Shown piece by piece: positions 47,701 to 60,567 of a stretch of DNA of 64,000 bases. The notes below the pieces were generated by a model. It worked only from the letters and a program-made list of their open reading frames with translations. It was not told the DNA's origin and made no database searches. The translations under genes and the position numbers were made by a program. The number at the start of each line of letters is the position of its first letter. Position 1 is the stretch's first letter. This stretch comes from Phoronis australis (taxonomy: Eukaryota > Animalia > Phoronida), in the NCBI GenBank assembly GCA_002633005.1, contig NMRA01000176.1, positions 198,988 to 262,987 on the forward strand, given 5' to 3'.

Positions 47701-50700
47701 TTTGAACCAACCTTGAGTGAAGAAAACTTTTGACTTGGAACACTTTCCATGAAATTGGTCTAAAATATACATTTTACACAGGGCAAAAAAGCCCTGAGTG
47801 GTTCAGCATCGAATTTAGGTTGCGATAAAAGATAACATGACACTTGAATGGAATTCCAAATTATGTGAAGATGCAATAAGTAACTTTGATTTAGATCAGT
47901 TACCATAAAAACCCATAAAATTGGTCTTGACACTTTACTTGCATGTAGTCTGGGGAAGTTCCTTATTGCATGAGATAACGTTCAATAAGTTGCCTTGTCT
48001 CAGAATGTCATTTTGTGAACAAACCATCGGGTTTCCTTTAAGACCAGAAATTACTTGTGACATCAACCTATACTGAACCACTTGAGGCCTGCTTTACTAC
48101 GCCGTCCTAAGTAGCCTAATGTGAAAGATAGTTTCTTTATACACAAGGATAGTTAAAGCCCCTTCAAACAAAAACCACAGGAACGTTAAACTAAAAACAT
48201 TCAACCTTAAGCACAGAGCAAAAATTCAGTCAAAATCAAGCATTCTGAGTGTGTAAGGGCCCTCAGTGCCTCTATTTTGGGGTCTAATATCGGCCTCCAT
48301 TCCCCTTCAGTGATTGAAAAGTTGCCCCAAAGGATAGAATCATCCCTTTAAAACATAAATTATGACTGCTTAAGGTTTCACTGAAGGTTGGTGTCTGAGG
48401 TGGCATTATCCACTCAACCAAAACATTGTGTCTCTAAGAAGGCACAGGCACCGTTCCCCTCAGGTGAGCAAGGGCCGTGTACGTGATCAGGATTGTGCAT
48501 TTTTACACTCGCTTACCTAACCGGTTACACATTGCCGCTATTTCTAAAACATGGAAAAAACATGTTTCGATTTTCCTGTATACTTGACTCATTTCAAAAA
48601 TGCAATCTATAGTCCACTACACATGAACAGCATAGAACACAAAAATCTTTCTAGCAGTATAGGACTAACTGTAATCGGGTAAAATACCATTTCCACGTAA
48701 TAACATGAAACTCAGGTTACAACAAAGATGAATAGTAATGACTCGTCATTGCAGCAAAATCCTATTGACAACACAGTCCATTTTGTACACTTTTCAATAA
48801 ATTACCCATCACTATTGGTCATGATGTACTAAAAGATAAGCCACAGAATTCCTTTCACTCAACTTCAGAAAATGACAGCAAAACCATGAATCTAGTTTAA
48901 ACTTATTCTAAAATGACGCTCTTCATCATGTTATCAAAATGTTTTCAAAATCACCAATGAAAATGAATGTGGAATTTTCATAAAAAATTGATTTTCTGAT
49001 TGTGCACCTACAAAATGGCCGCCTCAGAACAGCATTGAACTCCACTATTTATTTATTGCCAGTAAAGAACACAATTACAGCACATACCAAAACTATTCAT
49101 ACAGAAGGACCCAGAATTCCTGTCCAATCAAATTCATCATAAGAGTAGACTTCCCTCGTGACCAAGAATGAAAGGAAATTGACAGGAAAATTAGAAAGGT
49201 AGCTTAGTTGCTCTGTAATTTGAAATTCTACAGTTAAAGGGATACCAGACTCGATTTGGGCCTATTGACAGAATGAAAAATGACATTTCAATCCAATTCC
49301 CTGAAACAATGCTCTATAACTCTCGATAACCCTCAGACATTTTGAGAAAAGTTTGGTAAATGGGCAAGCGTGACCCACAGTCTCAGCGAATTACAAAGCA
49401 CCTGTGAAACGAGACCACCCACCAACAACCATAGCAATCTGTGATATAGGGAGCATATTCAGTTTTAAGTTGATTTTTGATACAAGAATGGAGAATGCAT
49501 TAGCAGGTGACAAAATAAGGATTGGCTAAAATCATCAAAACAGGGTTTAGTATCATTTTAACCCAAATAGCCATCATGACGGGGAATGGAATTTTGATTA
49601 TTTTTGTCTCTGAACACATGAGACTCTTTACATGTACTACACTGATGGAAATAAAGAAAAGAGTTGGGCAGGGCAGTAGTCAAGTATGAGAGTCTCTAAT
49701 TCTGAGAACCAGTTTGATGCGTGTTATGCAGAGGAGAAAACAGGTTCTCAAATGTGGAGCCCTCCCTCCCATTACCGAAAGAGTGTCTTCAATAACATGC
49801 ATCCAGCAGCAATGACAGGAAAAACCTCAAAACATTAGGTATGATCTCTCACATTTAGTGCACACTGTAGTAACATATTACCGTGAAGCAAAAACTATGC
49901 ACTTACGAGTGGCAGTTTTAACAGGAGACGGCTTTTTCTTTGGGGCACCAATTTTAGCAAGGCCAACTGTTAAAACATAACCGTCATCAGCTTCCTCAAA
50001 ATCAACGGACACAATCTGGAAAAGAATGAAATTGCTACTGCTTTTAAACGGTCATGTCATCTGTTGCAGACAACATACTGATAGTGCTTTTGCCTAATTG
50101 TGTTTTTGAACAAAATTTGTTTGTCGACATACAGACACATAGCTAGGGCGATGTTTTTTAAAAGAAAAAATTCTAAAAACAAACTAAACAATTAAAAAAT
50201 TTAAAATAAAAAAACTAAACAACTTTACAAATTGTTTAGGTTAGATATAAATCAATTTTGAAACTAGTTGGCGTTTGACAAGTATAATTTAAAAAATCTC
50301 TTAATTGTCATGATTTCCTTTGTTGAAGTTACTGAAAAAACTGTGGATAATGAAAAATATAATGTACACAGAGTAAACTGAGAGAACGCTCTTTGTTTTC
50401 TCCAAGACTTTCGGATTGTTTTAGGCTGAACATTACTACGAGTACTACACACTTCAACCAATGATACTTTCCCAATTCCCAAAATGTGTGTTTAACTAAC
50501 ATTTTTCACTTACATAGCACAAATATGGTGTACAAATGACAATTTTTTCAAAAAAAATCAAGAAAATTTTAGTCTATTGCTAACATGGCTTGTACTGTGT
50601 AGACGTCTTAAAATCAGCTTTTGGTAAATTTTCCATGATTTTCAGAAATGTAATCAGCATTTGGAAAATGGAAAAATGACAGTATTGGAAATTATTTTTG

Positions 50701-53700
50701 TGCAAAATAAATGGAGAATGATTGTATTTTTAGTAGTCTAAACAACAGAAAACATTCTACTACAACTCTTTAGCATCGTAGGAGCACAAATGTGTCTTTC
50801 ACTTGACCTAATTTCAATTTTTGAGTTGCATAAAAAAGCTTTAAAAATTATCTGGTCCTGGTTGCATGCCAGATCAACACAATGACATTGTATTATCACA
50901 CATCACACGTTAACTATGCACTTAGCATCATTCAACAACCAATCTTATCCACGGAATAAAATTTGAAGTTTTATGCATATGGATAGGTCTGACTCTGGCC
51001 TGATGTCAAAAACATTGTTCAACAACGGCAATGATGAACGCGATAATGTAATGTCACTGCTTTAATACATGTTCTTCCATGCATGCTGGCACCAGTGAGC
51101 AAAATGAGCGGTATTAAAAGGAATGAAACGCAATGGTGTTCTACCACAGACACTGTGAGACATTGGAGATTTTTCTGCGAATACCCCACCACACAGTAGT
51201 GGCAGTTTGAATGCATGATGGTCAGATGAAGAGTAATTTCACTATCTAGCTGGATCTCGCTTATATATCATAAAATGGCTACTGTAAGTAATAGTCCATG
51301 AACAGCAAGACAACCACCCATTACCTGTCCCATCTTGGGTTCTCCAACTTCATACTGGAACTGTTGGTCCTGACGACCGTAGTTCAACAGGTGTGCGTAG
51401 ATGTGTTCTACCTGCTTTTTCCAGTTTCCTAGAAACACATAGAGGGCAGTGTGAAAATACACACGATGTATGAGAAAGTCAACAAAGGATGATAATAGGC
51501 TGACGGTAAATTATTTTGCGGGACACAAAAAAGATCATTTGGCACAAATAACCAATCCACAATGTTTCCAATGTCAAAAACATTCATTGCCAACAGGCAC
51601 CCATGAAAGGCCTATTACACAATACATGTAGGTGTTGATAGTGAGGTGGATAGAATCTACAAGAAAGGTGCTTGACGACTTACAGAATGCAACATTGAAG
51701 AGATCTAGCCTATCAACAAGTGCTGCTGGTAAACAACTTACAACAATCATTTAGCCGTGGAAAATAATATCACATTGATTTTATTCCTAGCATAATCAGT
51801 TCAGAATGGTCTTTAAATACAAGAAATCCATACACAGTTAGCATTTCTATTATTTGATGTGACAATATCAATGTAGTGGTCCTCCTCTCAGTGCACTGAA
51901 ATCCAACATAAATACCAAACATAAAACATCAGGACTTGCGCCATTTTATCCATGGTGGATCATGTATGATAATTAAAGAGAGATAGTTAAGCCCACATTT
52001 TAGAGTTTGCTCCCATGGGTATGTGGTTAAGACAACTTTGCATTGGACTTGTCTTAGTCACAGTGGCTAGTCTCAACTTGTTGAATACCAACAGTGTTAC
52101 ATTAACAATTATGTTCCTTTGAATAGAACACAATTTGTTAGCCAATTTAGTTATTACCAGATTAATAAGTGATGTGGAGCTATAGTCAAGAGTTCTATGC
52201 ATACAATATGCGCATAAACCGTCTTGAAATCTAGAATAATCATGTAAAAACAAAAAAAAAAACACTTCTTTACCATTCCCTGGACTGACAGCATTAAGTT
52301 CCGGCTCTGCGGGACGCACAGGATATTCAATAGCTCGCTGAGGAGGGGGTGATGGTGCCTGTGGTGCCACCTCCTGGAGGGTCTGTCGGATGTCTGCCAC
52401 TGTTTGCATACGACTCTGGTCAATCCTCTGCAAGACATTAAAAACAATACAACTAAATTTACAACATAATTTTAATACAGTTTGTGCCAAAACTTCCAGG
52501 AAATAAATTATGATGACAAAGTATTACTCGATTACCTCCAACAGGGCCACCCCAAAAAGACTGCTCTACCTCGCGACCAGGCGTCTGTTTCATGAACTGA
52601 AGATTTTAATACAAAAGATTGGTCTTACACTCCACACAACTAATTCAAATCTCACACGTGCAAATTTAACTGAAAAAGTCTCTGAGAATATACTCGTTAC
52701 TGGTAGTCAGGGATCATTACCATGAATTACTTCACTTTCATGAAACAGGTCCATAGCAAGCAGTTGGATGACACAGAAATCTGGCTCAAGCAAGGCCTGA
52801 CATCAGACAAACACCATGTATTGGCCAAATAACAATAGGACACTTGACACAGCAATCTCTAACAAAAGACTAAGAGTAAACAGGTTGGCATAACATTACC
52901 AACACCCCATTCAGAGTTCACTGCACCCAGTCTACGAAATGTCTCGTGGTTTTCCCGCCGCCCATGGACCAAGAAAATCATGCACTATTCTTCTAAATAA
53001 AACTTTAACTATAGCAAATTTTAAAAGAAGTCAACATACTTTTTCTGTTCATTTACGACTGCACAAAGTGACACATACATGGATACAAAATGAATGTGAC
53101 GAAGATTCCCGCCTTTTGAGAACATGACATAGTGGTAAAGTGTATTAATTTAAATAAAACCAAATATAGCACTTCGTAGCGCTTTATGGGCTTACAGTAC
53201 ATGTCAAATGTAATCAAACAAAACAGCACTTCCCGTCACAGTGGATAGTGACCTGTCACGACAGGTAGCTATACGATGATGGTGAATTCTAACAGCACTT
53301 CCCCATCACAGTGGATAGTGACCTGACATGACAGGAAGATACACTCTGAATTCTAACAGCACTTTGCCAGCATGACGGGACTTCCATTTGTGCTCAGACA
53401 CCATGACAGAGAAGTCTGGGTTATCTTGTCCGATTATTTCTGGCATGTACTGCAACATCAACATTTTCTTTTACATAAGAAACAATAAAGGGACTGTCAC
53501 AAGAAAAATAAAACTGATACAATTGCGAAATGAAAAACAGTTCCAATATTTTAGTTATGAAAACCCATTTGATGCAAAGTCATAGCCACATCTCTCTCAC
53601 AAGAGACCATCTCTCCCTCTCCCTCTCCCTCTCGGTCAGTGTTCCCTACTGAAGACTGGACTCCCTCTCCCTCTCCCTACCTCTCGGTCAGTGTTCCCTA

Positions 53701-56700
53701 CTGAAGACTGGACAAAGACTTTCAATAATGAAACTCACCTGTATCATTTGTTGAGTGAGAAAGCCCATGTCTGCCTGAGGCTTGGGCACGGCATACGGCG
53801 GCGGTATGCCATTCATGCTGGGCTGACCGTATGGCGTGAAGCGTGCAGAGTTGGGGTCTGTGTAAAGTCCCTGGAGACCCTCGGGTGCACCACCCCATAC
53901 ATTGATTTGCGTGCCTGAGTAGTTTGTCGGGTTGAAAGGGCCCTCAATATCTACAAAAACGGAAAGCCATTGACTTACTGATACATTTCCTCATTGCTTA
54001 AAACACAAATGATTGGAAATGGATTCTAGACTTGAGAAAAACTCACGGGTTGTTTCTGCTTCAGAACTGAATTCCTAGTCATGACAGACAGTCAAGACTC
54101 CAAGCTATTTAATTCTAATTCAAGGAAAGCATAAGAATGCAATGATGTCGCTTTGGAAGGGTAAATATGATTGTGAAAAAAGTTGCTCTCTTTTTACGTC
54201 AGATCATTAGTTTACAGTACTATGATCTTAACTGATATTGTCAAACCTTATCCGAGCAGGCTAACTTGGTTGCATAAAGCTGATTGGTACATTAATGGAA
54301 GATGGTGTGTGTTCTTCAGTGTAAAGTGTGATTTACCACAAATGCGCAGTGAGAGTGGCTCAACATCAATGACTAAATGAAGAAATGCAAAAAAGTTTTA
54401 CCTTGTTCACCCCTGGGTGTTCCATTGCTACCAAAAGATGGTTTCTTCTTTTTGTCTTTGTCTTTGTCCTTGTCTTTGTCCTTGTCCTTATCTTTGTCTT
54501 TCTTCTTTTTGTCATCTTTCTTTGGAGTGGAGACTTTCTGAACAAGAGCATTGTGGGATAATGTGAATCTTGATGACAACAACAAGCATTCTTAGCTGTG
54601 ACCATCTGTCAGCACAGCAAACAAGAATGACCAATTCGCACGAGTTGCAGTAAACAGTCCTAAATTTAGCATTTAGTATGGCGGACATCTGAAATTTCAT
54701 TTGAAATTTTTCTGACAACAAAAATTCACGGCAAAAGAAAGTTGATTTCAAAACCTGAAGCAAAATTTTGAGCATTTCAGCAGTTGACTTAATCAGGTGT
54801 TGAAAAACTGCAACTTAGGCAATTATTTGTATGCAAAATTGAAAAGAGGTTGCAGCCTACCTAGTACGTTCCCATGATGAAATGTTAGAACAAGATAAGA
54901 GCTTGGCTTTACCGCATACACTAATGGGAATTGAAACATGCCCATAATGTAAGACAAACAACTGACTTAGCTTCTTGTTACTTGGCAACTTTTCTTCCAC
55001 TGTAATATGGCCATAAGATTGTGTGTTCTCACCAGGAGGAAGATAGACAAGGCAGGGGCGTTTTTCTAAGGGACTTCATAGGCAAAAGTTCATTTGGCTA
55101 AAAATCTACTACTGAGCAGGCTGCAGATTTATATCTCTTGGCTTTTAGTTAGAGGTAGATTTGCTGACATATAGTCCTAGCCTGATTTGGTGAAACGGGT
55201 TGAGTCATTCGTAGGCTGAGTTTTAGTGAAAAGGTCACAAGACAATTGACTCGTCCACAAATAGCCTCATGATCCGTCGCTTAAAAGGAGAGTTCACAAA
55301 GACATCCTATCTGCTGTCTCATGAGGAATGTGCAAAACATCAATGTGCAAAATGGTCTATGGGAAAAAATGCATGATTTCAAAATATGACTACTACGAGC
55401 ATCACACACAGATAAACATATTTCATGTCTCCAAATCAAAATCTGGGGACACACGAGTACATAGCTATACAACTAGTACAGTGGTACTCAAATTTGAACA
55501 CTGACTTATAGCACAACCAAATTCGTGGACCACTACTGTACCATGTTTTTCTTGTCTTTCAGTCGTTTGTTTCCCACAGAGCTGACGGATGAGATTGAAC
55601 TGATGCTGCTAATGACGGACGAGGCATCGTCAAAATCCTCGATGAACTCATCAACGCAAAATGTCTTTGTGACCACAGCACTCTCTTGTAACCCATCTCT
55701 GAAAGAAGAAAAATGACATCGATTGTGAACATAATATGGAAGAATTTATTCACTTAGTTATTCTGAGTGTTTTCCATTAACCTTTCTTCTTTCACACATA
55801 ATAACAGCCCAGTGCTTTTCAAAGACTTGTTACTTTTCTGTAAACAATAGAAACATTTACAAATGTTGTTTTATGACATCTACAAAGTACATATCATACT
55901 GGTAATAGACCAAAATTGTTTTAACTTTTATTTCTGTGCACAATTTTGGTTTTTCCCGGGATGCCGTTTTTTAGGATTACTAAAAGAGAATGGAAAGACA
56001 CGTGGCTTTCTGTACTTTTTGTACCCAGGTGAAAGATACTGATTGGTTAATTTCTAAATGTATAAATTTATAAAAAAGTTCAGTTCCATTCAGATTTAGG
56101 CATATTATTTGTCAAACTCAAGCGCACTAGATTTAAAAGATGAATGGGTTGGACTTTGACCATTAAAAAGCGACCACAGTACCTAGATATGGCGATGACC
56201 TTAAGTGTCCTTTTACCAGGTTTCAATGTAAAAGGTCCAATGTACTTGAACGTAGATTCTTTTCCTGAAACTTTCAACTGGAATGGATTGGGTTTGGTGC
56301 CATCTGTGCTAAAGTATATCTTGCAAAGAGGAGACTCTACAACAGACAAATGAAGTTAATTATTTTAAAAACTTTAGCAATGATATTTCAGCATGAGGAA
56401 TGTTGTTTTATTAGAAAAAAATGGGTTATGTATAGAAAAACTATAATACTACTCCACAATGTACTACCAAATTTTATTTGGTCAAATAAATGTTGGCATG
56501 AATAAAAATATTTAGACTTTGTTTTCAATCAATCAAAGAAACTTGTGTTTCCAAATAGATGTCAGATAACAAAGCGCAGTGAAACAATGAAATAAATAGA
56601 AAACATTTCGTAAAATTGATCATGGAAGCCAACACTTTCCACCATTGTCATGTACCTTGAAAATGATTGTAAAGTTTTTACGCAGGGCTGAATTGTTGGT

Positions 56701-56832
56701 GGATAATAACATTCCCTAACCTGTTGTAAGCTCAATGTATGTTCCTGAGTCAATATGACTAGTGGGCCTGCCAGGAAGAGGATCCCGAAGGGGTATAATC
56801 TGCGGAGGAATGATTGCACCGGCACTGGGCAT
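35196..56832 (-). CDS. DZANK1-like N-terminal region fused to an annexin core (long isoform, about 751 aa, 17 coding exons)
   Basis: Minus-strand exons 56832-56721, 56336-56183, 55698-55542, 54537-54402, 53950-53739, 52427-52274, 51428-51325, 50015-49907, 46194-46043, 44092-44011, 42135-42041, 39972-39859, 38831-38741, 38002-37819, 36905-36763, 36059-35878 and 35270-35196. All are GT-AG and phase-compatible, 2256 nt with no internal stop. The N-terminal motifs PQIIPLR, IYFSTDGTKP and SPGNGNWKKQVEHIYAHL..EPKMG match recalled DZANK1 motifs. Confidence 0.8.
42175..42246 (-). mobile_element. tRNA-derived SINE head
   Basis: The minus strand reads GTCGCCTAGCAGGGT..GGTTCAAATCCC (A- and B-box-like). 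Confidence 0.45.
42862..43853. repeat. 17-bp minisatellite (ATATTGAATGTGACACA)n, about 1 kb, intronic
   Basis: Seen directly. More than 55 units with 19-20-bp variants at the left end. It explains all the C/H-rich ORFs at 42665-43875. Confidence 0.97.
45432..45570. mobile_element. Short MITE with internal telomere-like (CCCTAA)n degenerate repeats
   Basis: Inverted termini AGGATTGTACC (45434-45444) and GGTACAATCCT (45558-45568). CCTAACCCTATCCCTAAACCCAACC inside. Confidence 0.6.
49234..49561 (+). mobile_element. TTAA-flanked MITE (Kolobok-like), copy 3
   Basis: TTAA-AGGGATACCAGAC at the left and GGTTTAGTATCATT-TTAA at the right. Similar to 16533 and 22903. Confidence 0.7.
53223..53365. repeat. 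Tandem duplication of about 68 bp
   Basis: ACAGCACTTCCC(G/CA)TCACAGTGGATAGTGACCTG occurs twice, plus a partial third start. Confidence 0.8.
53611..53713. repeat. Tandem duplication of about 50 bp
   Basis: CTCCCT-run plus CTCGGTCAGTGTTCCC(C)TACTGAAGACTGGAC occurs twice. Confidence 0.8.
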
Positions 56833-57671
56833 AGCGAAGCCTGGAACGTGTCACAGGAATGGATGAAGTGGAATGTGCAGAGCTGGCGTGATGTCTGATT
56901 CACAAGAAAATCATCAGCACAAAATCTCTCTCTGTAGCACCTGAAATAACAATGTCAACATTTACTCAGCAGTCTCTTTTAAATACTCAATTTTCAAAAT
57001 TAAAAAATGCCTGGACGCTTCAGCCTGTTCAATTTCAAATCCTACACAGCTAAAATACACTTACTGAAAAGTAATTATTACGGTTTTAGAAACAATATTA
57101 GTCTGATAAGCAGTTTCAGTACAGTTGAAACAGACATTCTCAAAACAGAGACAAACTAAATCAAGAGTATAGCTACTTAAGGTTTTTTGATGAAATCATG
57201 AACACAATGACAATTGAGGTAGTTATCAACCTTTATCACAGACGGATTAAACGCACCAGAAAAACGCAGTAATGATGGTAGTGTGGGTGCAACGTTAACA
57301 GAGAATTCACTCTCTGCAAAGAAATGTTGGGTTAAACAACACTGAGCACTGATTGAACTGCATTCCTTGTCAGATGAAATTTTAATACATCTCCACATAT
57401 ATAAATTTTAATTTATCTCCATTTACAAGCCAGTGTCATCTTATTTGTTCTGATTCTTTGAATGGTCTTTTATTAGTGGATGAATAAACCAGAAATCTGT
57501 CCAAGGTCAAGTTAGCAAACTTTTGATCTGCTGATTTCACCACTTCAGAATGACTGCAACAAAGTGGATCTCAACTTGTTCCTTACTCAGAGAGAAATTT
57601 CTGAGTTTGCAAAGAATCCACATTTCGTTATTTGTCGAGATCGTGCTACGCCTATAAAATGACAGGTCATG

Positions 57672-58183
57672 ACGGCGTTCTCCTGTTCAGTGACTTTACC
57701 AGACATTGAGGGTTGTGAGCGTGTGATAACATCTAGCTCCTTTGTTAAATGCCAAGCACAGTCTTTTGTCTGGTGTGACAACGGGCAGGCCAGTTATCTA
57801 CAAGGCTTATTACAGACCACGTGTGAACACAGTCAAACCCAGAACGATCAGAATTGGTACGTTCATAGATTGTCGTAACTTTGGTTGTAGTTGGATGATT
57901 TTGTTGATTCAAAAACTAAATATGATCAGCATTTGACAAGGAATTCAGAAATGCTATTGATTCATGTTCAAACATGTTATAAAATAACTTTTATTTTTAA
58001 CAGCACAGCCCAGTCAGGTTAGATACAATCTTATTGTGGATTAGAGCAATTATCAAACAAAAGAGAACTGGCCCTCGAATCATAAATGCCAGAATGGAGT
58101 TAATCAGTCATATAAGATATTGGCCACAGGGGTCATCTTCCCAATTTGTTGTTGGGCTATAGAATCGAACAAGTTGGGAGCAA
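57672..58183 (+). repeat. Dispersed repeat of about 530 bp, copy 2
   Basis: Colinear with 17110-17658. Confidence 0.85.
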
Positions 58184-60567
58184 AGGGAAAACGGAGTAAT
58201 GTGGCTATAACAATGTGGACTGAACTGCCAAGCCAACTTTATTAGGGTCTAGTTCAGCTCAAGCAATAACAAGCCGTCTATGCAGTCTTTTGAAGCCCTG
58301 ACATCATCACCAAATACATTCAGGAACAATTCGAGAGCAATTTCAAAATGGTAAAGTGGGCTCAAGCATATGTGCTTTTTGTGATGGGAGATTGGTTCAG
58401 ACGGCAGATTTTAACTTATTCTTTAGCTTGAAGTTTAAAGGTTTTCCCTTTGCAACATTAGTGCATAAACATACAAAGGCACAAATGCATTGCAGCGGTG
58501 CGCCCCTCGGGCACATCTTTTTACTAAAGCAACACTCTTCACAGCCAGTCGGGTAAAACATGACTCGGTTCTTATTTTGATTGGCCCTGGGTCTTCAGTT
58601 TTATATGTTACCAATGTAATTACACTAAGTGTGACAGGCACATTTTGAAAAAGGCACACTTTTTATCACCAGGTACGCCCAAAGGTAAAGAAGCACGGTA
58701 AGGAATGTCTCTTAAGTCAAAGCATTTCCCGCTCCAACTTTCCTATGATAATTAATTTCTTGTCGTTTGCAAAACAACTGCCACTTGAAGATGGAAATGA
58801 TGCTCTCGACTTCTGAGATTTGTCATTGAGCGACTTTTGACAGCTTTGAGCGTAAATCCCCAACGCGACGTGTATCAATGACATTGACAATGTGCTAGCG
58901 CTGGATCTACTCAAGTTTTGTCCACAAAAATTAGCAGGTGCTCGTCAGACAAGGATAATTGAAATGATGGAATTTTCTGACATACAAAAAATAAATAAAC
59001 ATGACATAAAAACTATAATTTCACACTATTATTGGTAAAAACCAGTCAAATTACCTTTGTTTTCACCTGTTTATGTTGTTAGGCACTGGTGTTTATTCGT
59101 TTCTCGCAAGGGAGAGCAAGATTCCGGATGTGACGTCAGTGTACTTCCACATTCTTCCACATGAGAGCGCTGCGGAGGAGTCTCAACTCTTGTATCCGCG
59201 ATAGATTAGACCGCCGAACTTTGAAAAAAGGACCGTTTTCACTCTGTAAACATCTAGAACTTGCTTCCTTCAAAGTGTGATGACAATAGTCTTAACTAAG
59301 GCTATTATAAAACTTGTTATTAAAAAGTAATCGGATCTCCATGCAATTTTTAAAAGCATACATTCTTTCAAGTTGTTTTTACTCAGTGATCGGAAACCGG
59401 ATCAGTCCAAGCGCTCTTTGCAGGCCCGGCGTCCATCGGTTTCAGGATGCCAACGTGGCAATGCGAGTTCTTCTTGAAATGTGACATCTTTACCGTTGGT
59501 CTTAACCCCATCAAAATACGGACTTTGACAGAAGACATGACCTCTGCAAGCCAATGTACTACAGTGACCCGACGGTATCACGGTCAAGTGCGGCGCGGCC
59601 GGGTGTTTTCAGTGAAGGTATCGTACCGGGAGTTTAAGAGCCCAGTCATCATGGATTCATTTTCATTTCCTGAACTGGAGTCGCGAGCTTTACAGAAGGA
59701 ACCAGCGAAGGGACAAGATACATCAGATATTGAAGAAATGACAGGAATCCCCGCGAACGCACCGTTTCACGGTACTGTCTAACCGGCACCGAAGTCTTTC
59801 GAGTGCTTGTGATTATTTGAGTCTAAATTCTTCTAATTTGGAAGATTGACATCCTGCAATTCGCAGCGTTCGCAATTTCATGATGATATTTCCGATCGAA
59901 ATCTTGGTTCCGGAGAAAAATTCTGCAAAATGCTCGCATGAGCCAGAGCGTGTNGAAGTGTCCTTTGTTGCTCACAAAAGATTTCGGTGGATTAATCGGC
60001 ACAAGACCTGCATATGCATACGTATATAGCCCCATTGTATGATCTGTGTAGGCCTAACGGTAATAAATCTTAGCCTGTTAGTTATTGCGGTTTTAGTCCC
60101 CGGCGGTCCTGTTTTGTGGTGGGGCGGTCATGTTTTTGGGTGCGTCAGTCCCATTTTCTGGTGCGGCGGTCCCATTTGATCCCCGGAGGTCCTGTTTAGA
60201 GGACCGGCGGTCATGTTGTTTCTCACCCGTGTACATGTAAGCTCGAGTTTGCTCTAATGGAGGCCAAATACAACAAACCCTTCCGGGTCGAGCTGCAAGT
60301 GTAAAAGACAACTTTCAGTGACTTAATCTTCAGAAATTGTCGTGCCAGTTTAGGCAAGTTGCGTCAATTTGCAACCGACAAAGCTGATTCTTAAATGACA
60401 CAATTCAGAAGTTGCATCAATTTCGGCCACAAACAAATAAAAGAATGATTGACATCGGAAAGTAGCTTGAAACTTAATTCCATACTCTGATATAGGAAAG
60501 GCGTTTTGCCGGCGGTACTGGTGATCGCAAACCTCACAATCCAAATTGTTAGTTGTTGTTTCAGACC

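Noticed and set aside
54620-54660. CNSC (CxxC) on the minus strand as a residual DZANK1 zinc-ribbon exon
   Set aside because: Single isolated motif without a second CxxC or convincing splice sites. The flanking exons already join in phase.
59447-59782. 111-aa ORF, or exon MDSFSFPELE..PFHG as a coding first exon of the NAC-alpha-like gene
   Set aside because: Its apparent donor (CACG|GTACTG) is phase 1 and meets a stop in the 60565 exon. No family motif was recognised. It could be UTR or a uORF, but this is unsupported.
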